NCBI GenBank assembly: GCA_964526605.1
Contig: CAZGJP010000004.1
Coordinates: forward strand, 2,103 to 35,718
Length of the DNA: 33,616 bases
Source: an uncultured Lentisphaera sp.
Lineage (GTDB): Bacteria; Verrucomicrobiota; Lentisphaeria; Victivallales; GWF2-50-93
Direction: 5' to 3'
The notes beneath the pieces were generated by a model. That model did no database searches. It saw nothing but the letters and a program-made list of their open reading frames with translations, and was not told the origin of the DNA. Each line of letters begins with the position of its first letter. The first letter of the stretch is position 1. Made by a program: the position numbers and the translations under genes. Of this stretch, positions 1 to 9,439 are shown one piece after another.

Positions 1-1102
1 TGGACACTACGATTTCTGTCGCCAGGAAGGCCTCCGGAATGACTATGCGCCTGTTCGCCGAGTCGTCGAGAGTGCGCTCGAACCACTGGCTCGAATGGGT
101 CGCTGCAGCATTGGCCGGAAGGGATATGACGTATCTGGCCAGCGAGCATATCCTCTCGCATCTCATCGGGTTGCGCTTGTATGCCATCGCGCTGGAGCCG
201 ATCTGTTTTTTGCCGAAGGGCTCCTCCACCTCCTTCAGGTTGGCCATCAGGCGGATGTCCCCGGCCGCCTTGTAGGCGCTCTGGGCAATTCCCGAGAGGA
301 CTGACAGCACGTAGTAGTCGGCCTTGCGGGTGTATGTCTGGCCAGAGACCGCGACCGGGCATCTGAAACCGAACGCCTTTGCGATTTTCGCATCAAGGGA
401 CTTGATTTTAGCCTCGTCCCCCTCGAAGAGCTCCATGAAGCTGGCCTGGGTGCCGGTCGTTCCCTTGACCCCCCGGAACGGGAGGTTGTCGAGCTCCAGG
501 TCGAGTCTGCGCAGGTCGAATAGGAAGTCCTGCAGGTAGAGGCAGAAGCGCTTGCCGAGGGTGGTCGGCTGGGCCGGCTGGTAGTGGGTGAACGCCAAGA
601 TTGGCATGCCCTTCCGCTTCTCTGCGAATTTCGCAAGGGCCGACATGAGGAGGAGGAGTTGCGCTCTGATGATGCGGAGCGAATCCCTGATCTGGATCAT
701 TTCCGAGTTGTCGGTCACGAAGCAGCTTGTCGCGCCGAGGTGGATTATGGGTTTTGCCGACGGGCATTGTTCGCCGAAGACATGTATGTGGCTCATCACG
801 TCGTGGCGCAGTTCGGCCTCCTTGCGGGCGACGGCATCGAAGTCGATGTCATCCGCATGCGATTCCATATCCTGGATCTGGGAGGGTTTTATTGGTATGC
901 CGAGCGTTTTTTCGGCCTTTGCCAGCTCTATCCAGAGTCTTCGCCACAGCGAATGCTTGTTCTGGGCCGACCAGATGTAGCTCATCCTTCCGCCGGAGTA
1001 TCTTCCGACGAGAGGGCTTTCGTAGCTGTTCTTCGATTCGGGCACTGCAAGCTCCTTGCGATTTGCTTTTTTCAGCGGATAATATACATTTCGCCCTTTC
1101 AT
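1..1102 (-). CDS. purB: Adenylosuccinate lyase, N-terminal ~367 codons. The 3' end lies beyond the window start, so it is absent from the ORF track (no stop in the window).
   Basis: Manual reverse translation from ATG (complement of 1100-1102): MKGRNVYYPLKK..YESPLVGRYSGGRMSYIWSAQNKHSLWRRLWIELAKAEKTLGI..HLGATSCFVTDN..FTHYQPAQPTTLGKR..GVKGTTGTQASF..KQIGSSAMAYKRNPMRCE.. The frame stays open to position 1. The fumarate-lyase signature GSSAMAYKRNP and the ADSL-type N-terminus are present. Confidence 0.85.
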   Translation of the reverse strand, partial: MKGRNVYYPLKKANRKELAVPESKNSYESPLVGRYSGGRMSYIWSAQNKHSLWRRLWIELAKAEKTLGIPIKPSQIQDMESHADDIDFDAVARKEAELRHDVMSHIHVFGEQCPSAKPIIHLGATSCFVTDNSEMIQIRDSLRIIRAQLLLLMSALAKFAEKRKGMPILAFTHYQPAQPTTLGKRFCLYLQDFLFDLRRLDLELDNLPFRGVKGTTGTQASFMELFEGDEAKIKSLDAKIAKAFGFRCPVAVSGQTYTRKADYYVLSVLSGIAQSAYKAAGDIRLMANLKEVEEPFGKKQIGSSAMAYKRNPMRCERICSLARYVISLPANAAATHSSQWFERTLDDSANRRIVIPEAFLATEIVVS

Positions 1103-1145
1103 TTTAAAATTTCAAGGCTTATATTTATACAAAAAGATTCTTGCG

Positions 1146-1529
1146 ATGGGCGAAGACTCGATGAAATCCAGAATATACGCGGTGGTCATCCGCACGAACA
1201 ACATAGAGAACCTGCGCAACTTCTACAGGGATGTGCTTGATCTGGGGCCTCCCGTCGTTGACAGCAACCACTGGGTCGAGTTCAAGCTTGGCGAGGCGAC
1301 CAACCTAGTCCTGGAGGCGATAGACCCCGACGCGTCCGACACCTGTGTGGAGTCGGGAAGCAGGGTGGACTGGGCACTCAGGATTGACGACCTCGATGCG
1401 GAGAAGGAGCGTTTGGCCGAGGCCAAGCTGGAGCCCGCCGGGGAGGAGGCCGACAGGTTCGGCAAGCGCGTCTTGAAATATCTCGACCCTGACGGCAACC
1501 TCATCCATCTGATCTCCGAGAAGGAATGA
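1146..1529 (+). CDS. Small VOC / glyoxalase-bleomycin-resistance-fold protein (127 aa)
   Basis: Track ORF. One beta-alpha-beta-beta-beta module pattern (IYAVVIRTNNIENLRNFYRDVLDLG ... FKLGEATNLVLEA ... KYLDPDGNLIHLI), typical of single-domain VOC proteins. The start could instead be Met6 (1161). Confidence 0.6.
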   Translation: MGEDSMKSRIYAVVIRTNNIENLRNFYRDVLDLGPPVVDSNHWVEFKLGEATNLVLEAIDPDASDTCVESGSRVDWALRIDDLDAEKERLAEAKLEPAGEEADRFGKRVLKYLDPDGNLIHLISEKE

Positions 1530-1550
1530 TCCTTGGCCGGCCGGAGCGGT

Positions 1551-3104
1551 TCATGGCGACTCGATTATCACGATTTTGACGAAATGGCGCATCACAATTA
1601 TCTGCGCGACCAGCAGTATCCCGCACGTGAACAGCATACGGTTTTTTTTTCCACCGAAACTGGCGAAGACGCGGGGGAGCAGCAGATGCAGCATTGGTAT
1701 CGCCGGAATCCAGAGCCTGCCCACCTCCCCTCTTGTAGGTGTGAACGCGAGAAAGAGCAGGCACGCGAGCGATGCGGTCGCGGCAGGATTGGACGACAGC
1801 GACATTGTCTTTCGGAGGAAGTCCGCCATCTCGTTTCTCCTCCGGGCCAGGAATCCGGGGATGAGCAACGAGAGCGGGATTCCCGCGCCGCAGATGAACT
1901 CGATGTAGTTCACGATCTTCCATTCCCACGTGCGGACCGCCTGGTCGCGGTAGAACTGGGCGTTGTTCCCGAGGCATCCGAGAAGCACCTCGACGTATCC
2001 GAATCCATAAAGGGCCTGCAGCAGGAAGATGACCGCCAGATAGGATGCCGCGAAGGGGAGGACGTGCTTCATCGCGAAGTGCCGGATCCTGTTTTCCGAT
2101 GGCGAGGCCCAGAGCCAGTATGCCATCGCCCACAGGCACGAGACGCCGAATGCCACTGAGAACAGTGTGCTGATGCAGGCCGATACGCCGGCAATGGCGG
2201 AGATGGGGATTGGATTGCGTTTCGCGGCCATTATCGCCAGAAGCATCAGGAAGGCGGACATGGCCCCGAAGAAGCAGTCGTAATGGCCCAGGAAGAGAAT
2301 TGGCGCGGGCGCGAAGAGATAGAAGCAGGCGGAGGATATCGCCGTGTCGGCCCCGTAGAGCGACCAGATCGAGCATCCGATGAAAATCTTTCCAGCGGCC
2401 AGAAGGGCGAGAAAAAGATAGATTAGCAGCATGCCAGCCGCCTGGTCTCGCCCATCCATCCTGAAGAAGGGGAAGAGGTCGTTGGCCTTGAACGCGGCGA
2501 ACGCGTCGGCAGCGTCACGCGGCATGGTGTCCAGTATGAAGCCCTGCAGCGGGGGGAATCCGTCGAGCAGGCCGTATGCCGCACGGCATAGGCTGGTCCG
2601 TCCGGGTGGATTTGCGGCGCAGTGGCTTATGAATCCAAGGTTCTTCTGGCCGGAGGCGAAGCCCGACATGTATCCGCGGAAGGACGAAATGTCCTTTGCA
2701 GCCTCCAGATATCCCGTTGTCGGCCTGTCGTAGAGCGCCATGATGTTTTCCGAGACGCCGATCCTGCCGCATTCGAGGACCTTCCAGTCGAAGAAGATGG
2801 ATGCCGATGCGAGGAGGACGATGCCGGCCAGGGCCAGCCTGGGAGAGCCTGCGGATTTTGCGCGCGCCGCGAGCGCGACGCCTACTAGTCCGGCTCCGAC
2901 CATGAAGGCTCCCGCGATCTGCAGGAAGGGGAAGCTCTCCATCGAGGGTGCCACGTGTGGATAGATCCATTGTCCGGGAATGCCCATGGGGAGCAATCCC
3001 GTGGCGGCTCCTCCCAGGAAGAGCGCGGTTCCGGATATCGCGAGAAGCGATGCGGCCTTGTGGCCAGCCTCGTCCGCCGTCCCGTTTTTCACATTGTCAT
3101 TCAT
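1551..3104 (-). CDS. Polytopic integral membrane protein of unknown function (517 aa)
   Basis: The track ORF 1551..3428 is trimmed to the internal ATG at 3104 (MNDNVKNGTADEAG..), which overlaps the upstream gene's stop as ATGA (3101-3104). There are at least 12 long hydrophobic segments throughout. No family motif was recognised. Confidence 0.6.
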   Translation of the reverse strand: MNDNVKNGTADEAGHKAASLLAISGTALFLGGAATGLLPMGIPGQWIYPHVAPSMESFPFLQIAGAFMVGAGLVGVALAARAKSAGSPRLALAGIVLLASASIFFDWKVLECGRIGVSENIMALYDRPTTGYLEAAKDISSFRGYMSGFASGQKNLGFISHCAANPPGRTSLCRAAYGLLDGFPPLQGFILDTMPRDAADAFAAFKANDLFPFFRMDGRDQAAGMLLIYLFLALLAAGKIFIGCSIWSLYGADTAISSACFYLFAPAPILFLGHYDCFFGAMSAFLMLLAIMAAKRNPIPISAIAGVSACISTLFSVAFGVSCLWAMAYWLWASPSENRIRHFAMKHVLPFAASYLAVIFLLQALYGFGYVEVLLGCLGNNAQFYRDQAVRTWEWKIVNYIEFICGAGIPLSLLIPGFLARRRNEMADFLRKTMSLSSNPAATASLACLLFLAFTPTRGEVGRLWIPAIPMLHLLLPRVFASFGGKKNRMLFTCGILLVAQIIVMRHFVKIVIIESP

Positions 3105-3622
3105 GATGGCATCTTTTCCGTCTCTCCGTTCGAAGCAGCTTCCAGCAGGGATATTCTCTCCTCCAGGGATTTGATGCGCCGCATGAAGGACATGATCACG
3201 TGGACCAGATGCAGGACTATGGCGGCGATGAGAAATGAAAAGGAAAACGCGAAAAGCGAAAGCCTCAACGCGAGTGTGGCCAGTTCGACGATGGGCTCGT
3301 AGACGCGCTTGTGAAGAAATCCGTGCTTTCTCATTTCCACTTCGGGCACCTTGAACATCTCCTTGTATTCCTGCCATGTCTTCGCATCCTTGACCTTGGC
3401 TATCCAGGCTTCGCATATGTCCTTCCACTGGCAGACGGAGTCTATCCTGCGGTCGCCATCTTCGATGCTGGCCTCGTTCATCCCGATGATTTCCAGGGAC
3501 GAGACGGCGGCGGATTCGAAGACCTGATGGAAGGCTGTCCCTCCGAGAAGGGATGCAAGGACGCCGGCGAGGAAGAGGGCGTAAAAGCCTCGATATAGCA
3601 GTTTCAGCATGTCAGCCACCAT
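3101..3622 (-). CDS. Small membrane protein (173 aa): N-terminal TM, soluble middle, C-terminal TM plus a short coiled tail
   Basis: The track ORF 3101..4210 runs antisense into ldh and is trimmed to MVADMLKLLYRGFYALFLAGVLASLLGG.. (ATG at 3622, alternative at 3610). The second hydrophobic stretch is LRLSLFAFSFSFLIAAIVLHLVHVIMSF. The stop overlaps the next gene's start (ATGA). Confidence 0.5.
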   Translation of the reverse strand: MVADMLKLLYRGFYALFLAGVLASLLGGTAFHQVFESAAVSSLEIIGMNEASIEDGDRRIDSVCQWKDICEAWIAKVKDAKTWQEYKEMFKVPEVEMRKHGFLHKRVYEPIVELATLALRLSLFAFSFSFLIAAIVLHLVHVIMSFMRRIKSLEERISLLEAASNGETEKMPS

Positions 3623-3666
3623 GTTGTGGGGTGTTTGTTCATATTGGCGCCGTTGTTGGAAGAGGA

Positions 3667-4623
3667 TCATCTCCCGATCTGTTCTATGGCCTTCTTGAGA
3701 GTCCTGGCGGATGCCGAAAGCGATTCCAGTTCCGGAGCGGAAAGTTTGCTCTCGATAATCCGGACGATTCCCGTTTCGGACACGATGCATGGGACGCTGA
3801 CGCAGACGTCGCTTATTCCGAACTCGCCTTCGAGGAGAGTGGAGACGGTGAGCAGGCTGTTCTGGCCTCGCAGTATCGCGGCTGCGATGTGGGTCATGGC
3901 CATTCCGATGCCGAAGCATGTGGCTCCCTTGTAGCCGATGATGTGGTATGCGGATTCCCTGACCTGCTTCTCGATTTTTCCGCGTTCCGCGATCCAGTCC
4001 CTGCATTTTCCGCAGAGAGGGCAGTATGAATCCATCGGCATTCCCGCCACATGAGTCATCGTCCAGACGGCGAATTCGCTGTCGCCGTGCTCGCCGAGGA
4101 TGTATGCGTGGACATTGTGGACGTCCACCGCGCAATGCAGGCTCAGCAGATGCCTCATTCGCGCGCTGTCCAGGACCGTTCCGGAGCCTACGACGCGTTC
4201 CTTCGGCCATCCCGAGGCTTTTAGGGCGACATAGGTCATAACGTCCACTGGATTGGTTGCTACGAGGAGGACAGCGGAAGATTTTTCTGCGTTCATGTCT
4301 GATACGATGGAGCGGACCACCGTTGCGTTTTTCTCGATCAGTTGAAGCCGGGTCTCGCCTGGTTTCTGCGCCGATCCGGCGGTCATGACCACCAGTTGCG
4401 CGTCGGCGTAGTCGCCGCGGTCTCCTGGATGGATTTCGACGGTTGGGAAGAATGGCTGTCCATGGGCTAGGTCGAGGGCCTGGCCTCTCGCCAGGCTCTC
4501 GTTCTTGTCTATCAGCGCGATTTCATCGGCCAGTCCGCTCTGGGCCAGCGCGAAGGCGAAGCTGGATCCCACTGCGCCGGCTCCGACCACTACGACTTTT
4601 CTTTTCATTTGTCCGGCATTCAT
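3667..4623 (-). CDS. ldh: L-lactate dehydrogenase
   Basis: NAD-binding site VVVVGAGAVGSSFAF, LIDKN, substrate/catalytic region ILGEHGDSEF, and TNPVDVMT. The length (318 aa) is typical for LDH. Confidence 0.9.
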   Translation of the reverse strand: MNAGQMKRKVVVVGAGAVGSSFAFALAQSGLADEIALIDKNESLARGQALDLAHGQPFFPTVEIHPGDRGDYADAQLVVMTAGSAQKPGETRLQLIEKNATVVRSIVSDMNAEKSSAVLLVATNPVDVMTYVALKASGWPKERVVGSGTVLDSARMRHLLSLHCAVDVHNVHAYILGEHGDSEFAVWTMTHVAGMPMDSYCPLCGKCRDWIAERGKIEKQVRESAYHIIGYKGATCFGIGMAMTHIAAAILRGQNSLLTVSTLLEGEFGISDVCVSVPCIVSETGIVRIIESKLSAPELESLSASARTLKKAIEQIGR

Positions 4624-4700
4624 TTGTCATCCTCCGGCTTCAAGGTTTTGCAGCGTGTTTTTCCGTGGCGTGGCCGTGCGGAGTTGTGCTCTTGGCTCGT

Positions 4701-6113
4701 CTATTTGTCCAGCGTCGCTCTTGGCCCCTGGGGAGTGTCCTCGACGGTCCATCCAAGGGCCTTTATCTCGTCGCGGATCTTGTCGGACGATGCAAAATCC
4801 TTGTTGTTCCTGGCGGTCTGCCGTCTTTCGATGAGGTTCATTATCTCCGATGGTATTTCTAGCGCGATGGCCTGGTCCACGTCGAATGTGGCGAATATCC
4901 TGTCGAAATCCCTGAAGGCGTCCAGGATTCTCTTCGCGCCGTCGGAGCCGAGGGAGCCCGAGTCGAGCAGTTTGTTCGCCTCTCTTGTGAGGAAGTGGGC
5001 CGCGGCCATCGCCTCGGAGACGTTGAGGTCGGAGGCCATTCCCGCCGCGAACTTCGCAGCGGCCTCATCTGCGATTTTCGCGGCATCGTCCCCGGCGGAG
5101 GAGCGTTTCTGGACATGCGAGAGCCTTCTGAAGAAGTCGTCGAATCCCTGCAGGGTCTTTCCGGCCCTCTCGCAGAGGTCGAGAGTGAAATTGAGCTTCT
5201 TGCGGTAGTGCGTTCCTGCGAGCAGCATCCTGGTCTGGCGGCCGCTGAAGCCTTTCTCCATCAGATCCCGCAACGTATGGAAATTGCCGAGCGACTTCGA
5301 CATCTTCTGTCCGTTCACGAGGAGGTGTTCGCAGTGTAGCCAGTAGTTGACGAACTTGCATCCGTTTGCGGCCTCGCTCTGGGCGATCTCATCCTCGTGG
5401 TGCGGGAACATGTTGTCTATTCCGCCAGTGTGGATGTCGAATGTCTTGCCCAGATACTTCATGCTCATCGCGCTGCATTCGAGGTGCCATCCGGGCCTGC
5501 CGCGCCCCCAGGGGCTGTCCCAGAAGACGTCGCCGTCCTTCTCGTCCCAGGCTTTCCATAGTGCGAAATCGGCGACGTTGTCCTTGCTGTATTCGTCGGT
5601 CTTGATCCTCGCGCCGGCCTTCTGGTTCTCCATGTCTATTCTGGAGAGCTTCCCGTAGTCCGCGAATTTCGCGACCGGGAAGTAGACCGAGCCGTCGTCG
5701 GCCTTGTATGCGAATCCCTTCGCCTCGAGCGTGCGGACCATATCCAGCATTTCGGGGACGTGGTCGGTGGCCGCCGGGTAGGCCTCTGCGCTTTCTATCC
5801 TCAGCTTCGCTATGTCCTCGAAGAATGCGTCCTTGTATTTGCGGGTGTAGTCGGCGAGCTTCATTCCCGCGGCCTTCGAGTCGCGGATGGTCTTGTCGTC
5901 GATGTCCGTCAGATTCATGACCTGGAAGATTTCGAATCCGAAATACTTGAGAGTGCGTCTGAGTATGTCCTCGAAGATGTATGCCCTGAAGTTGCCTATG
6001 TGCGCGAAGTTGTAGACGGTCGGGCCGCAGGTGTAGAGCGCGGCCCGTCCCTCCTTGAGCGGGACGAATTCCTCCTCGCTCCGCGACAGCGTGTTGAAGA
6101 GGACGAGTTTCAT
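4701..6113 (-). CDS. cysS: Cysteine--tRNA ligase (470 aa)
   Basis: The track ORF 4701..6809 is trimmed to MKLVLFNTLSRSEEEFVPL.. (ATG complement of 6111-6113). Motifs: CGPTVYNFAHIGNFR (HIGH motif), WHLECSAM, KMSKSLGN (KMSKS motif). The start overlaps the upstream stop as ATGA (6110-6113). Confidence 0.92.
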   Translation of the reverse strand: MKLVLFNTLSRSEEEFVPLKEGRAALYTCGPTVYNFAHIGNFRAYIFEDILRRTLKYFGFEIFQVMNLTDIDDKTIRDSKAAGMKLADYTRKYKDAFFEDIAKLRIESAEAYPAATDHVPEMLDMVRTLEAKGFAYKADDGSVYFPVAKFADYGKLSRIDMENQKAGARIKTDEYSKDNVADFALWKAWDEKDGDVFWDSPWGRGRPGWHLECSAMSMKYLGKTFDIHTGGIDNMFPHHEDEIAQSEAANGCKFVNYWLHCEHLLVNGQKMSKSLGNFHTLRDLMEKGFSGRQTRMLLAGTHYRKKLNFTLDLCERAGKTLQGFDDFFRRLSHVQKRSSAGDDAAKIADEAAAKFAAGMASDLNVSEAMAAAHFLTREANKLLDSGSLGSDGAKRILDAFRDFDRIFATFDVDQAIALEIPSEIMNLIERRQTARNNKDFASSDKIRDEIKALGWTVEDTPQGPRATLDK

Positions 6114-7606
6114 CTTGTCCGGAATGGATTCTCGGTTGGGTATCTGGAGCCGGCCGGCTGGTTGTGGAAGACGTTCGAGGGCTGGACTCCGAGCACGGCG
6201 AATACGTCGTAGATGGTTTTCCCCGCGTGCTTGAAGGCCATTGCGGCGTGGTGTGGGAACCTGTGCCCGACGAGGACGTGCCTGTAGAATCGGGCCATCT
6301 CCTTTATGGCTATGACGCCGATTCCGCCGAAGGAGCATGGGTCTATGTCGAGGACTTCGCCTTCGGCGATGTAGGCCTTGAGCTGTGTGTCGGCGGTGGA
6401 CTGCAGTCTGAAGACGGTGACATCCCCGGGGCGAATTCTTCCTTCGAGGGTTCCGCGCGTGATGTCCGGCTCCCTGTCCGGCTCCATGAGGGAGTGCATT
6501 ATGAACTGGTATTTCATGCTGCATTCGCAGAGGCATTCGGACGGGGTGTTGCCGCAGTGGAATCCCATGAAGAGGTCGTCGGGCCTGTAGGACCCCGTCT
6601 TTTTCCTGCTCTTCTCGAACATGTCCGATGGGACGGAGTTGTTTATGTCGAGGAGAGTGGCCGGCATTGTCGTGGCGCATGCCCCGATGTATTCGCTGAG
6701 TGCGCCGTAGATGTCGACCTCGCATGAGACCGGGATGCCTCTGGCGGCGAGCCTGGAGTTGACATAGCAGGGGACGAACTCGAAGTATTTCTCGAAGGAT
6801 GGCCAGCACTTGTTGGCGAATATCCCGAACTGCGATGCGCCGAGGTTCTTTGACATGAAGTTCAAGAGAGCCACTTCGAACTGTGCGAGCTTGCGGAGCA
6901 TGTCGGGATACCTGTTGCCTGCCCCGAGCTCCTTGGCCATGCTGGATGCGACCGCGCCGATGCGCCTGTCGCCCTCCGCCGACTTGTAGATGTCGTAGAG
7001 GTCGAGTTCGCTGTTCTCCATGATCTCAATTCCGAGGTCGTAGAGGGGCTTGATCGGGGCGTTGCATGCGAGGAAGTCCTGGGGGCGTGGCCCGAAGGAG
7101 AAGATCTTGAGGCTGGACAGTGCGGCGACGGTTCTGGCGACAGGGATGAATTCGGAGATCATCCTTGCGATTTCCGCAGGGGTTCCGACGGGGTATTCGG
7201 GGATGTGGACGTGGAGATTTCTGAGCCCTGCGTTGTACGAGGCATTGAGCATGCCGCAGTATGCGTCTCCGCGCTGGGTGGCGAGGGACGCGGTTGATTC
7301 CTCGGCCGCCGCGGCGAACATGACAGGTCCGCCGAATTTCTGGGCGAGGAGGGTGGTGGGGGTTTCCGGACCGAAGTTTCCGAGGTAGACGACGAGTGCG
7401 TTGATTTTCCTCTCGCGGATGAATTCGAGGGCCTGGACGGCGTGTGATTCGTTTTCGACCATGACCGGGACGTCCTGTATCCTGATACCGGCCTTTCTGC
7501 ATTCGGCGAGGACGTTCTTCTTTCTTTTCTCGGAGAGGCTGATCGGGAAGCAGTCTCTGCTGACGGCGACGATTCCGACTTTGAGATCCGGCATGTTCTT
7601 CATCAT
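6110..7606 (-). CDS. L-fucose/L-arabinose isomerase family protein (FucI-like, COG2407-type), 498 aa
   Basis: The N-terminus KVGIVAVSRDCFP and the C-terminal block GTLEGRIRPGDVTVFRL...AYIAEGEVLD...GGIGVIAIK...FPHHAAMAFKHAG match my recollection of the family pattern. A strong SD (GGAGGTG) lies 8 nt upstream of the ATG at 7606. Confidence 0.7.
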   Translation of the reverse strand: MMKNMPDLKVGIVAVSRDCFPISLSEKRKKNVLAECRKAGIRIQDVPVMVENESHAVQALEFIRERKINALVVYLGNFGPETPTTLLAQKFGGPVMFAAAAEESTASLATQRGDAYCGMLNASYNAGLRNLHVHIPEYPVGTPAEIARMISEFIPVARTVAALSSLKIFSFGPRPQDFLACNAPIKPLYDLGIEIMENSELDLYDIYKSAEGDRRIGAVASSMAKELGAGNRYPDMLRKLAQFEVALLNFMSKNLGASQFGIFANKCWPSFEKYFEFVPCYVNSRLAARGIPVSCEVDIYGALSEYIGACATTMPATLLDINNSVPSDMFEKSRKKTGSYRPDDLFMGFHCGNTPSECLCECSMKYQFIMHSLMEPDREPDITRGTLEGRIRPGDVTVFRLQSTADTQLKAYIAEGEVLDIDPCSFGGIGVIAIKEMARFYRHVLVGHRFPHHAAMAFKHAGKTIYDVFAVLGVQPSNVFHNQPAGSRYPTENPFRTR

Positions 7607-7680
7607 ATTGCGGCCACCTCCATGTGGTGTTTGAGTTCTGGAAATCCGGGAGCTCTAAGTTACCACATTGGTGGAGATAT

Positions 7681-8424
7681 TCAACCCTGTCTTCCGAGAT
7701 GTTTGAGTGCTTCGTCTCTGGAGAGGATTTTCGAGCCCTCCCTGAGGAGGTCGAGAGTCCGCTCGCGTCCGCAGTTGAAGATCATGTCGAGGATGGATAG
7801 GTTCGGGATGAATTCGCCGTGGAGCTGTGGATATTTTGGGCATTCGAATATCTGGACCAGGCTGGCGACTCCTTTCTGTTCGAGGAAGGCGAAGTCCACG
7901 TAGTCCAGGCTGTGTATTCCGTGCAGATATGTCGAGGAGCCCGTCGTCCTGCATATTTCGGCTATGAGAGGGCAGGCATCTCCCTCGACCCCTTTTTCGG
8001 AGGCGATCGTGATAGGGGTGCCTATGCCGAGGAAGGCGGCCGTGGCCCTGATGAAGGCGACGTTGAATTCCGACAGCATTTTCCATTCGGCGTCGAGGAG
8101 GCCGGCCACGGCCGGGAAAAACTCGTCGAAATGCCGGGCCTTGCGGTAGTTTAGCTCGAGGCTGCGCCTGTGCTCCCTACGCCATCCGCTCCTCTCGTCT
8201 ATCTCCACATCCCTGATGAGCTGCTTGTAGCGTCCGGAGTTCTTCACGGGAATGGACAGCCATTTCGCCGTGCCGTCGGGGAATTTGACCCTGTTGCGGT
8301 TGTGGAACTCCTTCTTCACGTATTGGACGCTGTCGGCTATCACGAACTCGTCGACGGATGCGAGTTTCGCGAAGAATCCGCCGTATGGATAGAGGTTAGG
8401 CTGATGGCCGGCTACGGATTTCAT
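7681..8424 (-). CDS. wbqC: WbqC-family protein (polysaccharide / amino-sugar cluster associated)
   Basis: N-terminal HQPNLYPYGGFFAKLASVDEFVIADSVQYVKKEFHNRNRVKFPDG..WLSIPV matches the WbqC-like family pattern (QPyffPy.gyf.k....d.fv..D.vqy.k..w.NRN.i). Confidence 0.7.
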   Translation of the reverse strand: MKSVAGHQPNLYPYGGFFAKLASVDEFVIADSVQYVKKEFHNRNRVKFPDGTAKWLSIPVKNSGRYKQLIRDVEIDERSGWRREHRRSLELNYRKARHFDEFFPAVAGLLDAEWKMLSEFNVAFIRATAAFLGIGTPITIASEKGVEGDACPLIAEICRTTGSSTYLHGIHSLDYVDFAFLEQKGVASLVQIFECPKYPQLHGEFIPNLSILDMIFNCGRERTLDLLREGSKILSRDEALKHLGRQG

Positions 8425-9439
8425 CCTTGTGCCTGTTTAGGAATTCGGCGACTTTCGCGACCTGGGACTCGGTCAGCGCTGGGTATATGGGTATCGAGAC
8501 CAGGTTGCGGTCGGCCCAGTCCGCCACGGGGAAATTCTGCGGGGGCAGGCCCATGAGCCTGAAGATCGGCTTGTAGACTGGTTTTTTCGCCTCGATGCCG
8601 GCCTTTGCGAATTTCGCAAGAAGGGATTTCTGTGTGGCCGGCCCCGCCGGGATGACGTTGAACCTGAAGAAGATTTCGTTCCCCGGCAGCGGGCCGGGAT
8701 TTCCGAGGGCCTCCATGTATGTCTTCGCGATCTGGCGTCTTCTGCGGAGCATCGCCGGCATCTTTCGGATCTGGGATATTCCGAGCGCAGCGTTGAGATC
8801 GGACATGAGAAAATGGAGATGCGGGCGCCATTTCTCGACCTTGTCGTGCCGGAGGACTTCCATGGCGTCGCGGAAGTCGCCGGTCCTGTCTCCGCAGAGG
8901 ATTCCTCCGTGGCCCGTGCAGATTATCTTGGTCCCGTAGAATGACGACGTTGAGAGTCTTCCCATGCTGCCGACCCTTCTCCCCTCGATGGAGACTCCAA
9001 GGCATTGGGCGCAGTCCTCGACGAGATTTTCATTTTTGATTTTATGGAACGGGGCGGCGATTCCGAAGAGATGCGCGGCTATGGCGGCATTGCATTTGGA
9101 GCTGTTCACCATCTCGATGGATATCCCCAGCGTGGCTCTCGATATGTCCATGGGGACTGGGGTGAAGCGGTGGAAGGCCAGGGCATCGAGGACCGCGCCG
9201 CAGGAGTATGCGGGGATTGCGATTTTCGCGTTGCGAGGTAGTTTCAGGAGCTGCAAGGCCAGGACGAGGGCGTCGGTTCCGCTCTGGACGGGGATTCCCC
9301 ATTTCATGCCCATGGCGCTGGCGGCCATTGTCCCGAACTGTCCGGCGCGCGGGCCGCTGGTGGCGAAGCCCGAGTCCAGCACGGCGCCTAGGGCCTTGCG
9401 GTCGAGGCTGTCGAAGATGGGTTTCGAATGATTTATCAT
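8396..9439 (-). CDS. DegT/DnrJ/EryC1/StrS-family PLP-dependent sugar aminotransferase
   Basis: The track ORF is trimmed to MINHSKPIFD.. (ATG at 9439; alternative MDIKAPLNIS.. at 9469). Motifs: QSGTDALVLAL and the PLP-lysine region SSFYGTKIICTGHGG. The 3' end overlaps the wbqC-like start by 29 nt. Confidence 0.85.
   Translation of the reverse strand: MINHSKPIFDSLDRKALGAVLDSGFATSGPRAGQFGTMAASAMGMKWGIPVQSGTDALVLALQLLKLPRNAKIAIPAYSCGAVLDALAFHRFTPVPMDISRATLGISIEMVNSSKCNAAIAAHLFGIAAPFHKIKNENLVEDCAQCLGVSIEGRRVGSMGRLSTSSFYGTKIICTGHGGILCGDRTGDFRDAMEVLRHDKVEKWRPHLHFLMSDLNAALGISQIRKMPAMLRRRRQIAKTYMEALGNPGPLPGNEIFFRFNVIPAGPATQKSLLAKFAKAGIEAKKPVYKPIFRLMGLPPQNFPVADWADRNLVSIPIYPALTESQVAKVAEFLNRHKDEIRSRPSA

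Noticed and set aside
2-9. GGACACTA at the window start matches the end of the 25-nt repeat.
   Set aside because: This is only an 8-mer inside purB coding sequence. About one such match is expected by chance in 33 kb on two strands.
584-1240. 218-aa plus-strand ORF, and other ORFs listed in 39..1107.
   Set aside because: They lie opposite, or out of frame with, the clearly recognisable purB reading frame, which is open to the window edge.
4701-6809. Long N-terminal extensions of track ORFs: cysS to 6809, membrane protein to 3428, small membrane protein to 4210, M16 peptidase from 16280, aminotransferase to 9688, IclR to 28595, flp ORFs from 32163 and 32362, kinase from 11975.
   Set aside because: The extensions run through neighbouring genes and are Arg/Pro-rich nonsense. 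Internal ATGs coincide with the start of family homology, with SD sequences or with ATGA overlaps.
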